Source of the DNA: Chiloscyllium plagiosum
Taxonomy: Eukaryota
Direction: 5' to 3'
Length of the DNA: 48,024 nt
Assembly (NCBI RefSeq): GCF_004010195.1
Contig: NC_057753.1
Location: 6,025,961-6,073,984, forward strand
A program made the translations under genes and the position numbers. Position 1 is the first letter of the stretch; each line of letters starts with the position of its first letter. This document shows, one piece after another, positions 35,880-48,024 of the stretch. The notes under the pieces were generated by a model, which was given only the letters and a program-made list of their open reading frames with translations, was not told the DNA's origin and ran no database searches.

Positions 35880-36860
35880 ATCATACGCTCATTTGTCACA
35901 CTTGTGAATGTCCCGTGAATCCAATTGAAATTATTTTATTTTCAATTTTCTAATCCTTGTCGTTGAAATGGATTGCATTGATGGTGGTTCAGGATCCCCC
36001 AGTGTCCCAAAGGGAGGTAACAGGGTACCCTCCTACCCTACTATTCTCTCGGAGACTTGCCTCTTTATCCCACTGCACATCACATACCCAGAACATGGAG
36101 GCCTGCAACTGTCCTTACAGTTCAGGGTAATCCCCAAAGATAGTGATATTTCCGTCACATCACATTTGGGGAGTGGTGGGGGGGGGTCTGTTCGGGCCCT
36201 CCGTTGGTAGGCTGTGTCACCTAACCGCTCAACTTGCATTCTCATGTCTCGGATTTGGGCATTCTCTTGCAAAATGTACATTTTTGCCACAATTGTAGCA
36301 CTTGCACAAACCACTGAGTTTTGCCTGTTTCCTGGACATTTCCTCTGCTTCTGCCTCTACCTACTATCACGTAGGCTGGAGGATGAGCCCTCTGAGCAAG
36401 CCTCCCCCCTTTAATTTCTCCAGATCGCTGTCTGATCTTTGGGGGGTATAATCTTTCCTCCAGAAGCCCTGGGTAATTTTGCTGATGCCTTTTCCCATAA
36501 CTTATCGGTGGGATAAAACTGTTCTAATGCCTTCCTTGACTCCTCAGTGCCATGCAATAGCAGCATTCTCAGCCCCTTCTTCCAGATTGTTCCTCTCCAA
36601 GGCTTGACTATTTGCCTAAGGTGTTCTGCAAACGCTATGGGGTGTCGATGTTCCCTTTGGTAGCTGTTTGTTAGTGCCTCCACTGGGGCCCCTTTGTTAA
36701 TGCCCATGACAGTTAACACCTGTGCTTTTAAAGCCATATTTGTGCCTCCAACAACTTTCTGCTCTTGTGTAAAGCAGAATACATATGTCGGTGTAGGCAC
36801 ATTACTCTTAATTTCCTTTCTTCTGCGTCTTCTAAACCATGTATTTCTCTCTGTTGACTA
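35880..36860 (-). mobile_element. LTR-retroelement gag-protease remnant, distinct from the Gmr1-like copies
   Basis: The minus strand of 36259-36300 encodes CYNCGKNVHFAREC (CX2CX4HX4C knuckle). About 35990-36025 encodes PVTSLWDTGGS (aspartic protease DTG). A capsid-like ORF lies upstream at 36411..36800. Confidence 0.8.
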
Positions 36861-36869
36861 ACCATTTGG

Positions 36870-38545
36870 AGAAGATCCCTAGGATGATCCAAAGGTAATT
36901 AGAAACATTCAGCATGGCTTTGCGAAGGGAAGGTGATGCCTTACAATTATTTTTTTTAAATTTTCTGAGGGAGTGTCAAGAAGGATTGTGTAGTGTAGTG
37001 CAGCGGATGTTGTTTCCATGGAGTTCAGTAAGGCATTTATCAGTGTCCTGCATGGCAAACTGGTCAAACATCTAAAGATCCGTGGGATGCAGGAAAATAT
37101 GTCAAATAGTATCCAAAGTTCTCTTAGTAATGGAAAACAAAGAGTAATAGCTGATGGTAGCTCTTGCGAATGGAAAGCTTTTCATGTGGTGTTCTGAGGG
37201 TACAGTATTGGGACCCCTACTCTTCATTTTATGCTTTAACCACATGGATTTCAGTATGGGAAGTGCAATTGAAAATTTGAAGTCACAAAAAAAGCCATAT
37301 TATGAATAGTTTAGAGGATAGCTGTAAGATCCAAAATATATAAATAGGCTGGTGGAGTGGGTAGCAAAGTGGCAGATAGAATTAAAATCTGATAAGTGTG
37401 AAGTAGTGCATTGAAGACAGTAAAAGCGAATACACAATGATTGGGAACATGTTAAGGTGGAGAAGAAGTCAGACGTCCTGCTCTGGGTCCCCAAGGTAAT
37501 AGTACAGGTAGAAGATATTGTAAATAAGCCATTTGGAATATTCTTCTCTTTTGACAGAATTATAGAATGCAGAAGTAGAGATATAATGATAAAGGTTAAT
37601 GAGATACTGGTGAGGTCACAACTGAAGTATTGTGTGCAATTCTGATTTGCTATATTACAGGAAGGACACAATGGCTCTGAAGAGAGTGCACAGAACATTT
37701 TCTACAAGATTATTCGGGCTTCTGAATTGTTGCTATATGGAGAGATGGGGGTCACTTTCCTTAAGACAAAGAAGGCTGATGGATGACATGATTGATGTAT
37801 GTAGAATTGTGAGGGGTAGAGTTAAAGGAGAAAGGACGAAGCTGTTTCCCTTAGCAGAGACTTCAAAAACCAGGAGTGATAGATTCAAGCTAAGTGGGTG
37901 CAGGATTAAAGTGGATATGCAGTTTTTTTTTAATGCAGTAGTTGGTGAGTGTCTGGAATTCAATGCCTGACTCGTTAGTGGAGGCAGAGACTCTAAACTC
38001 TTTTTAAAAAGTATCTGAATCACCAACTTATGTGCTGGGCTCTAACTCATGTGGAGGGAGATGTTACTAGAATGGATATCTGGTAGTATTTGAGTCAGCA
38101 TGGAAAACGTGAGCCGAATGGCACCTTCTGTACTGTAGAATTTCTACAGGTATATTGTTTGTTTTACTCGACTGCATTTAGATGAATGGGGGGAAGCTCA
38201 TTAAAAACTGCCAGAATACTAAGAAGCCTGGATGGAATTGGCTTATCGGGGAAAAAAATGACACGAGCGTGCAGATTCAGAATGAAAGGACAATCACTTA
38301 GAAATGGCATGAGGAGAAATTTTCTCAGCCAAAGCATGGTGAATCTCTGGATCTCATTGCCCCGACGACTCTGGAGGCAAATTCATTGAATTCATTTAAT
38401 AAAGTGATAGGGTGTTTAATAGTAAGAGAATCAAAGGTTAGAGGGAGTAGGCAGGGAAGTGGACTGGCAAATATATCAGCCATGATCTCATGCCAGAGTC
38501 CATGCGATGGACCTAATATCCTAACTGTGCTCCTGATTACAGGCA
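36870..38545 (+). mobile_element. Old CR1 LINE fragments (RT to 3' end, probably two copies)
   Basis: cagcatggcttt (QHGF), LVRSQLKYCVQF, LRQRRLMDDMIDV, RRNFLSQSMVNLWISLP. Confidence 0.8.
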
Positions 38546-38842
38546 AAGACAATTCTGTCACCAGACAACAAGTGATAACAACATGGCAGAGGTAAAGGAA
38601 AGGTCACACCTTCTCTCACTGATATGGCAGTCTATTGGCTTCTTTTAGTTGCAAACGTCCAGAGGGCAATCATATGAAAACTGGATAACCAAAACAAGTA
38701 TGATGCATAATGACAGAAGAATGGTTCGAAACTGAGGCCTGGCATCAATATCATTATTTATCCAGGCAAGGATAACCTCTGTAGTGCATAATTTGTTTTC
38801 TTCCTTAGATGCATTTTATGAATTGGCTCCTCAATGTTTGTT

Positions 38843-39396
38843 TGTGACAACGCTGCCACTTTAAAAAGGCTATTTTGTCCTTGCTTTTTTTATTGAACTA
38901 ACATCATAAAGACAGTGGGGAGTAGCCAGTCCTCCCAGTTCAGTTATTTTTTTCTAGTTTGGTTTTAGCTGTAGCAGTCACAAGACATGACACTCCAGCA
39001 GAGATGCAAACTTCAGAAAAGACTGACTCAGATTTTCTTCTGAAATACAACTCTGGAAATTGTTCTCTCCTGCCTGTAAGAATCTGCGTTTGAATTTGCC
39101 CTTTTGCCAAGGGGTGTGCTTGTGCAATGTTACTGTATTGGAACAGTTAATTAGTAATAGTTACTGTATGGGGTTGGTTAGATTTTCCAATTGTTATCCT
39201 AAATTACAAGTTCTTTTATTTGTCTTTCAACTTTAACGTTTGAATAAATTCTGCTTTGCTTAAAGCCAAGTGATTTGAATAGTTGCATCACAGCTACAAC
39301 ACCCACTTCTCATCTGCCTGTAAAATAAGAAAAGGTTAGGGTCTAGCTTACTTTCTTAAGCTCTGGCTCCGGGAGGCTCTGGCCTGGACCGGAACA
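38843..39396 (+). mobile_element. Solo LTR (Gypsy-type), 554 bp
   Basis: TG...CA termini (tgtgac...ggaaca), internal AATAAA at about 39243, and flanks tgtt/catt compatible with a decayed 4-bp TSD. Confidence 0.65.
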
Positions 39397-41239
39397 CATT
39401 TCACTGGAAAATTGCATTAGACACAAGGTTGTTGTAATCCCTCTTAGGAAGGTACTGCTGAAGCATCCATCGCTGGTACTCAACTGCACGGATTGGCCCC
39501 ATTCAAATGTAACGCCACCATGATGGATATATTGCAATGTCCCCTGAAGGTATGCTTGTTTAAATGACGTTCAACAATTGAAGCTTGCAAAAAAGATAAT
39601 GAAATGAATGAAAAAAAAGCAGAATCTTGCCTAGCCTTGAGAGTTTCGAATGACACTGGTTCTAGGATGCATTGCAATATACTAATGGTGATAATGAGCT
39701 ATGCCTAGACATGGAATCACCAAACTGGTGGGCTCAAGGAACACAATGCATTTTATTGACTTCTGCACCCTAAGACAGGTAGAATACCAAATACGACCAC
39801 GCCGTAATGTATATTGCTCTCTTGAAGTTTTTCAATGCCATACAGGAAATTGCCAGAAGACAGCAAAGAGGAGAATTGTCTTCCTCCAGAGATGTTGTAA
39901 TCACAGCAAGCAGTCGAGGCCAAGTCATTCAGTAATTTCTGGAAGACGTTGAATAGAACTAAATATATCAATAAAACACAGGAAGGACAAATGGGAACAT
40001 GGTTAATGAACATTCTGATCATGGCTAATCGCCCAATGAATGGTGAAGCAGTCTCGAATGCTCTACTAATCCTCCTATTCTCTGTGCGTATGTGTATCAT
40101 TACCTGATCTTGCACTGAACTAGAAAAGACCACCAATTTTCTTTCCACTTCAACCCCTTCTACTCGTGTAAGTGGTAATCATTTTTTCCTTGAATTCTCG
40201 ATTTTCATTCTCCCTATTTGTGTAGAACCTATCGACCAAAGTGCATCAGATGTTATCCCCCCCAGTCTATTAAACTAAAAGTACTTGCATAATTTAAGTA
40301 TTCTCAAGAATGCTAGTTCCATCTACATCTATAACAGGAAAGATACAATGGTGCAAATTCTATTAAGGGGCTTAAAATTTCGTTAGCCATGAGTGCCTAC
40401 TTCAGAATGGTTGAAGAGTCACGACCATTTCCATTGCGTTTCAAGCAGTGCCATTAGTTTCCACTTGAACTCATCAACCATCCAATCAACATCCACAAAC
40501 AATGAATCATACACTCTGCTTTATAAGGCATCCAATTTGACAACCCTCAAAAAACCTTCATCCTTTCCCTCATCTTGCTGCACTCTGGGTGAAAGGATCT
40601 TTGAAGAGTTTTTGCAGTGTACCTTGTAGATAGTACACACTGCTACTACTGAACATCAAGGGTGGAGGGAGCAGATGCTTATGAATCAAGTGGGCTGCTT
40701 TGTCCTGGATAGTGTCAAGCTTCTTGAATGTTGTTGGATCTGATCCATCTAGGGAAATGGGGACAATACTATTACACTTCCGATTTGTGTGACTGGAATA
40801 GTAGACAGGTTCTCGGGAATCAGGTGTGTTAATTGGTGCGGTTTTGCAAGCCTCTCAACTCAAAAGGGAAAAAAAAAGTCCAGTTGTCCAAAATATTCAA
40901 TGAGATAACACACTGATTTCAGGTATCAATGTATGAAATGCCATTTCTTGCAATCTTTATGTTGTGCAAAAAGTGATTTCACCTCATCGTTGTTAAAATT
41001 GGAGCTGGAACTGCTAGGTTAATGAACAGGAACACTGTACTTTGCAGGACCTTCTGATTTAGGATTGTGTCCTTATCTATGTGATCAGGAGGCAGAATGC
41101 AATCCTGATAGGTGTTTGCAATGTTACCATCAAAAGCACCACTGATTGAGCTCCTCGAATCCTATGGATATAATTGTTAGACTGGGTCTGCGGCAGATGG
41201 TGAGGGAACCAACAATAGGGATAAACAAACATTGCCTCA

Positions 41240-42318
41240 TTCTCACCAAAATGCTGGATGAAGTTGATTTTGTATGACTATACCAGTATGACTGTCCACC
41301 ACATAGTCCTTGTGGTGAATTCTCACCTTCACAATGAAAATATCCATCATCGTGTTGTGTGTCAATATCACTGTGCTACGTGAGACAGATTTTGGATGGA
41401 TGTAGCATTCATGAGGCGCTTTGGGCCAAATACAGCAGCAGATTTGTACTCCAATATAATGTGCAACCTCATGACCCAAGAAAGCCCAGACTCTACCATT
41501 ACCAACAATGGAAGGGATCAAATGAATTCCAATAAAGTGTGCAGAAGCGCATGCCAACAGCATTACCAGTCATACCTAACAACATTGAGTCAAGCTGGTG
41601 AAGCTACAAACAGGACTATTTGCATGCCAAATAAATAATGCACCAGTGATACAAAGCTAAGCAATCCTACAATTAACAGATCACGTTAAGCTCTGCAGTC
41701 CTGACACATTCAGTCATGAATGGTAGTGGATTATAAAACAACTCACTGGAAGAATCGTTTCTTTGAATATCCCTATATTCTATGATGGAAGATTCCAGAA
41801 CATCACTGCAAAAGAAAAGGCAGAAGCATTCAAAACAAACTTCAGACAGACATATCGAGTGATGAATCATTTCAGCCTCTTCCAAGATCCCCAACTTCAG
41901 ACATGCCAGCCGTCAGCCAATTTAATTCACACCACTTGACAGCACTTGGAGTTACTGGATGCTGCAAACATAATTGGCCTTGACAACATTTGGCAATATT
42001 GAAGATCTGAACTCCAGAATTTGCTACGCCTCTCGGCAAGCTGTTTCAGTGTATTTACAACCCGGCATCTACACGACAATTTGCAAAATTGTCACAGGGC
42101 ATCTCATGTACATATAAAGCAAAAGAAATCCAACCGAGCTAATTACTGCCCCATCAATCTACTCTCGATCATCAGTTTACTCTCGATCATCAGTAAATTG
42201 TTGGGAAGTGTCATCAAGAGTATTATCAAATAGCATCTGCACAGCAATACCATGATCACTGGTACACAGTTCGGGTTCTGTCAGGACCACTCAGCTCCTG
42301 ACCTCATTACAGCTTTGT
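41240..42318 (+). mobile_element. Decayed non-LTR retrotransposon ORF2 of a second CR1/L2-group family
   Basis: KSNRANYCPINLLSIIS(LLSIIS)KLL, QFGFCQDHSAPDLIT and GLDNI (GPD-like). A related antisense piece probably lies at about 40595-40860. Confidence 0.75.
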
Positions 42319-44365
42319 CATAGAGTCAGAGTCCTGCAGCTCAGTGACAGGTCCTTTAGCCCAAAATATCGATCAAAGATCAACCCATTTCCTTGCACTT
42401 GGCCCATATCCTTCCAAACCTTTCTTATCCATTTATTTGTCCAAATTCCTTTTAAATGCTGTCAAAAGCTTCAGCTCATTCCAGATGTGTACCACCCTCT
42501 GTGTAAAAAAGTTACCCCACAGGTTCTCTTTTATTATTTTCCCTCTAACCTTAAACTGATGGCCTCCAGTCCTTCATTCTCCAGCCCTGGGAAAAAGATT
42601 GAGTGCAATGACCCAATCTATGCTTCTCAGGATCTCATACACCTCTAAGTTGGCTCTCCGCCACCCCCCTCCCCCTCACCCCCAACCTCAGTCTCCTATG
42701 CCCGAAAGAAAAAGGTCCTAGCTTGTCCAAGAATCGTGAGTCCTGGTAACATCCTTGTAAATTTCTTCTGCACTTTTTCCAGTTTAATCACGTCTTTCCT
42801 AAAGCAAGTTGATCCGAACTGAAAATAATAAATCAGTACTCCAAGTGCAGACTCGCCAATGTCCTGTACAACTGCAACATAACCTCCCAACTCAGTGCAC
42901 TGACTGATGAGGACCAGTGTGCCAAATGTCTTCACCAGTGCCCTGTGACTCCACTTTCCCAGAATTGTGAACTTGAACTCCAAGATCCCTCTGTACCACT
43001 ACACGCCTTAAGGCCCTACCATTCATCATTAAACTCTTTACATTATTATCGTCTACTTCTAATCAACAAGCCACTTGTGCATCCAAATTACCAACTCATC
43101 CTGGATTCCATGCAATCTCTCCTTCCAGAGCAGCCTACCATGTGGAACCTTATCAAAGGCCTTACTGAAATCCATATGGACACTATCTATCACACTGCCC
43201 TCGTCAACCTTCCTTGTCACTTCATCAAAGAACTCAAACAAATTTGTGAGACATGATCTCCCACTTACAAAGCCATGTTGACTACTCCTAATCAAACCCA
43301 GTCTTTCCTAATGCATGCATATCATATCCCTCAGAATCTTGTCAGCAACTTACCCAGGTATTAAGCTTACTGGTCATCGTTCACAGGATTTTCTTTGCAG
43401 CCCTTCTTGGATAATGGCACAATATTTGCTCTATTCTACTCTTCCAGGACTTCACCTGTGCATAACCATGATGCAAAAATAATACCCAGAGAGCCCGCAA
43501 TTTCTTCTTTAGCTTCTTACAATGTTTCTGGATATATCTGGTCAGGACCAGGAGATCTATTACCTTCATATATTCCAATACGTCTGCTGTGACATGAGCT
43601 ATCCCTAAGATATGACCACTAACTTCCCGGAGTTCCCAAACCTTCATGACTTTCTCCATGGTAAACACAGAGGAGAAATAATCATTGAGAACCTCGCCCA
43701 TCTCCTGTGGTTCGAAACATATATGTATGTCCACTTTGGCATTTGAGGGGGCCCTATTCTCTCATTAGTAATTCTTTTTCCTTTAATATATGGATTCACC
43801 CTAACATTCTCAAAGTGTTCTTGTGCCCCCTTTTTACCCCCCCCTTATTTCCTTTAGTATACACCTGTATTCCCTGTATAGCTGCAGGGATTCCCTTGAT
43901 CCTAGCTGCCTGTACCTGAGCCCTGACTCCTTTTTTTCTGCTTGAAGGCTCAATATCTCTTGTCATCCAAGGTTCCTTATTCCTGGCAACCTTGCCCTTC
44001 ACCCTCAAAGGAACATATAGTCCTTGAACTATCGTGATCACACTTGTAAAGGCCTCCCACATGCCAGAGATCCCTTTTCCTGCAAATAAACTACCCCAGT
44101 CAACCCCAAGCTCCTGACTAATTCAAATCAAAATTCGCCTTGCCTCAATTTCAAACTTAAACCTGTCGACCAGTTTTGTCCCTCTCCACAACTATTTTAA
44201 AATTAATAGAACTATGGTCACTGGTCTGAAAGTGCTCCCCCACTGTCACTTCCAAAGAGTAGGTGAGTTTTGCCCCTTCCAGATTAGAACCCTCTGCATA
44301 TTGCTGAAGGAAGCCTTCCTGAATGCACTTTACAATTCCCACCTCATCTAAGCCCGTAACATTCT
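42319..44365 (-). mobile_element. Decayed CR1 LINE (endonuclease end to 3' tail)
   Basis: TSDHSSINF, EPWMTRDI, EMGEVLNDYFSSVFT, QHGFVSGRSCLTNL, DFSKAFDKVPH, LEKVQKKFTRMLPGL. Confidence 0.9.
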
Positions 44366-44379
44366 GTGTGTTTTTTGTC

Positions 44380-46702
44380 TTTTGTTCCGGCTGTTGTGTT
44401 CTGTTGGTTTAACAGTGTTTTGTAAGGCAATGGCTCTTTCGGTCACAAAGAGTTTTCTGGTGATTGAAGAAGTGGATTTGGGGGTTTCATAAAAGGTGAG
44501 CCAGACAAAGGTGTTGGAATAGGCAGACCAACTAGAAGATGGGGTTACCTTCGGCTGTGAGAAAAGGAGGTAATTACAGCAATAGCTCGTCATTTAAGTT
44601 CGCTGGAAACAGCATCAGAATCTTTGGAAATGCCTAGAATTCAACTGTAGATGAAACAGCTTGAAAAGGAACTGAAACAACTTGAATTAGAGTTAAAAGC
44701 AGAGGAAAGGGAGAAAGGGACAGAATTTGATCTGCAGAAGTTGTCAATTAGACATGAACATTGGCTTAAAAGGATGGAGATGAAGGCATAAGGCAGGCTT
44801 AGTGAGGAGGATAGTGATGATGAACAAACCTATTGTAGCCAAAAATCTGTCAGGGATGTGTTTAAATATATTGCGTAAATTTGATGAGAAGGATGCAGAA
44901 GCTTTTTACGTTTCATTTGAGAAAGTGCCTAAAACAATGAAGTGGCTAGTGACCATGTGGGTTCTGCTGAGCGAAACACAGTTGGTAGGTCGAGCTCGTG
45001 AGGTATTTGCACCATTATCAGAGGAGGTATCTGAAGAGTCTGAGGAGTTTGCGAAAGCCATCATAAATGCATAAGAGCTTGTGGCAGAAGCTAACAGACA
45101 AGGTTGCAGGAGTCTAAGGATGGGCCCTGGCCAAACGTACGCTGAGTTTAAAACGACCAAACAAGGAGGATAGGTGCATTGAAAATAGATGAAACATACG
45201 ACGCTCTGAGAGAGACAATAACTCTCAAGGAGTTCAAAAATTCACTTCGTGAGCTGGTAGATCTCAAATGGAAGAGCAGAGCATTAAAACAGCAAGATTA
45301 GCAGCTGAAATGGCTAATAATTCTGAGCTGATTCATAAATCAAAGTCTGGCTTCCAACATCAATTTTAATCCACGAGGAATAGAAATTGGGGAAAAGAGA
45401 AATCCTCAGGTGGTGAGGAAGGAGTAGAGACCTCTTGGAAATTAATAAAGGTAGCTTATAATAGAATTAAAAAAAAGAAACTTATGAGGGGAAAGAGAAG
45501 TTAAGTAGATCAGGTGTATTCATTACAATTAATAGGCCATATGAAGTCACAGTGTTGATAGGTTAGGAAAAGCACTGGGAAGGCGGATGTAGGAAAACAG
45601 GATAAGCCAGTGAATTTTGTAAAAGTGTAAAGGAAAGCACAGTGGAGACTAAAAAGTTGCACCAGAATGCACAACCTGATCAGAGATTGGTTGAGAAGGA
45701 AATGCCAGATCATCTTAAACCATTTACTTGTGAAGGCAACAATTACTTGCATAGACAAAGAGCAACAGTTAAATAAGTTACATTATTAAAGAGATAAGGG
45801 ACCATGTCAATTGTTGATGTTGGAAGTAAAGGAGATATATAAGTTAGAAGGACTATTGCCAGAAAAAAAAAGTGCTAGTACATGGAATTCATTGTGAGAT
45901 GAGAAGTGTTCCATTGTGTACAGTAAGTTTGGAGTGTCCAGTGAAAAGTGGAGAAGTGGTGGTCGGAGTATTGGAGAATCTCATGGTTCCAGGGATACAA
46001 TTTGTCCTTGGAAACGTTATGGCGTGGATCACAAGTAGGAGTGTTGGCTACTGCATTTGAAAAGGCAGTGAAAATTCAGGCTACTGAGAAATCACAGGAA
46101 TTATATTCTGGGAATTTTCCTGTCTGTGTGATAACAAGGTCACAAAACCACCAGATGAAACAGCTGGAGAAATCAAAGAATAAGGAAGTTGAAGTAAAAT
46201 TACCAGAGACCATATTTGATCGAAAGGTTGAGCCAAAACCAGAACAGATGGAGGACCAAGTGGATATTTTTAGCTCAGAAAAATTAACTGAGTACACCAG
46301 AAGGATGAAAAACTGAGAAAATTTTATCAAAAAGAATATATAGAAGAATAATCTGAGTGTATTCCAGAATGGTTTTGTTTTAGAAAATGATGTCTTGATG
46401 AGGAAATGGAGACTTTCACATATTCAGTCAGGTGAGAAATGGCTAAACGCTTATCAAGTTGTATTGCCATTATGATACAGCAAGGGGGTTTTGTGGCTAA
46501 CACATCAATTATCAGTGGGAGGTCAAGCCAAAACGTTAAAACATTTTTACTGACCTGGACTGCATAAGGATGTAGTTGAATTTTGCCAGACATGCAGGCA
46601 ATTGGAAAATCACAGGCAGTAATAAAACCAGAACATTTAATGTTCATTCTGGCTTTTGAGGAACCTTTTGCAAGGATCTTAACTAACTGTGTAGGACACC
46701 TA
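44380..46702 (+). mobile_element. Second decayed Gmr1-like Gypsy internal region: gag, protease and start of integrase
   Basis: FDEKDAEAFYVSFEK...TQLVGRAREVF, collinear with 9058-11140. Then GLHKDVVEFCQTC (integrase Zn-binding remnant, about 46555-46595) and FEEPFARILTNCVGHL (start of the integrase core, about 46654-46701). Confidence 0.85.
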
Positions 46703-47735
46703 TTCAGACAGACAAATTACCATGTATCCCACGCCCCTTTGCGTTGTGAATGAGCCTACCACAGGGAACTTTATCAAATGCATTGCTAAAACCCATGTAC
46801 ACGACATCCACTTCATCAATGTGTTTTGTCCTAGCCTCAAAGAATTCAATAAGGATTGTGAGGCATAATTTAAATCTCACAAAGCCATGCTGACTATCTC
46901 TAACCAAGCTACGTTTTTCCAAATAATCATCCAATCATCTGGTATTATTCCGGTGGACAGTAAGAATGCAAAGATCATCACCAAAGGCACAGCAATCTCT
47001 TCCCTCACTTCCTGCGGTAACATTGGGTATACCCCATCTGGGCCAGGGGTGTTAACTATGCTCACGTTTTACAAAATTTCCAGCACATCATCCTTTTTAC
47101 CATCAACCTGCTTGAGCATATCAGTCTGTTTCATGCTCTCCTCACAAATGACAAGGTCCCTCTCATTAGTGTATCCTGAAGCAAAGGAATCATTAAGGAT
47201 CAGCCTTACCTCCTCTGACTCCAGGCATACGTTCCTTCCACTATCCTTGATCAGTCTTACCCTCACGTTGGCCATCCTCTTGCTCCTCACGTAAGTGTAA
47301 AATGCCTTAAGGTTTCCTTAATCCTGCCCATCAAGGTGTTTTCCTGCTTCCTTCTAGCTCTCCTAAATCCAATCTTCAGGTTCTTCCTGGCTATCTTGTA
47401 AACCCATGGAGCCCTGTCTGATCCTTCCTTTCTCAATTTAAAGTTTCCTTCTTCCTCATGACTAATTTTCCATTTCTTTTGTCATCCAAGGTTCTTTCAC
47501 ACTACCATCCTCTTCCTTGCCTCAGTGGGACAAACCTATCCAGCAATTACAGCAAGTGCTGCCATGCATTTCCCTGAAAATTTCTGTTCCCAAGCTTTGC
47601 TTCACAGTTTCTGTCTCATAGCATTGTAATTTCCCTCCTCCAATTAAAGAATTAGCCATACCATCTGATCTTATTTCACTGCATGTCTATAGTAAAAGTC
47701 CTTATCACTGAAATGCTCTCCCACAAAGAGATCTC
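46703..47735 (-). mobile_element. Decayed CR1 LINE ORF2 fragment
   Basis: TPGPDGVYP, DSQHGFVRFKLCLTILIEFF, FSNAFDKVP. Confidence 0.88.
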
Positions 47736-48024
47736 ATTGAGGATGTCACCTAGACAGGGGACAAAACGTTTGCAACAAAAATTCCCAGCTCGGCGAACAG
47801 AACCACAACAACGAGCACCCGAGCTACAAATCTTCTCCCAAACTTTGAACACCTACGGGCGAGAGACGCTAAGACAAGCCAGGAAAAGGGAATCCTGCGC
47901 TAACTGCCTAAGCGCCACATACGAACAACTCCGGTTCCTGCATGAATGCCGAAAGAATCGAATCCTTCCACCATGTATCAGATACAGACCACCAATCAAC
48001 AATCCACAAGCCAGAGACACAGCC
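47736..48024 (+). mobile_element. 5' end of a second Penelope-like family (pseudo-LTR with degenerate hammerhead, ORF start); runs off the window
   Basis: tTGAGGA-t-gtcacc-tagacag-gggac-AAAACGTTTG resembles a CUGANGA/stem II/GAAAC motif. The frame ...YGRETLRQARKRESCANCLSATYEQLRFLHECRKNRILPPCIRYRPP is open to the window end. CpG-rich. Confidence 0.7.

Noticed and set aside
42160..42195. 18-bp in-frame duplication (LLSIIS x2)
   Set aside because: A simple slippage event in a dead LINE with no functional implication.

Overview
Repeat-rich vertebrate genomic DNA, most likely from a shark or other elasmobranch. That assignment is inferred from HE1-type tRNA-derived SINEs, abundant CR1 LINEs, Penelope-like elements and the receptor family. 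I can support only one host gene: an intact two-exon class A GPCR of the GPR139/GPR142-like type on the + strand (exon 1 25037-25106, exon 2 26935-27836, 323 aa). Exon 1 is missing from the ORF track and was found by reading the sequence. The rest is mostly decayed, often nested retroelements: CR1 LINEs, HE1-like SINEs, two Gmr1-like Gypsy internal regions (SCAN-like capsid; integrase directly after protease in one), a further gag-pro remnant, solo LTRs, and Penelope-like fragments carrying hammerhead-ribozyme motifs. The most striking observation is in the GPCR intron. A Penelope-derived fold-back element (~98-bp arms, 17-bp target-site duplication) has a loop that is a 28/29-nt copy of the same gene's exon 2, about 710 bp downstream. 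Its hammerhead core is intact on the antisense strand but mutated on the pre-mRNA strand. Repeat boundaries are approximate and family names come from motif recognition, not from database searches.
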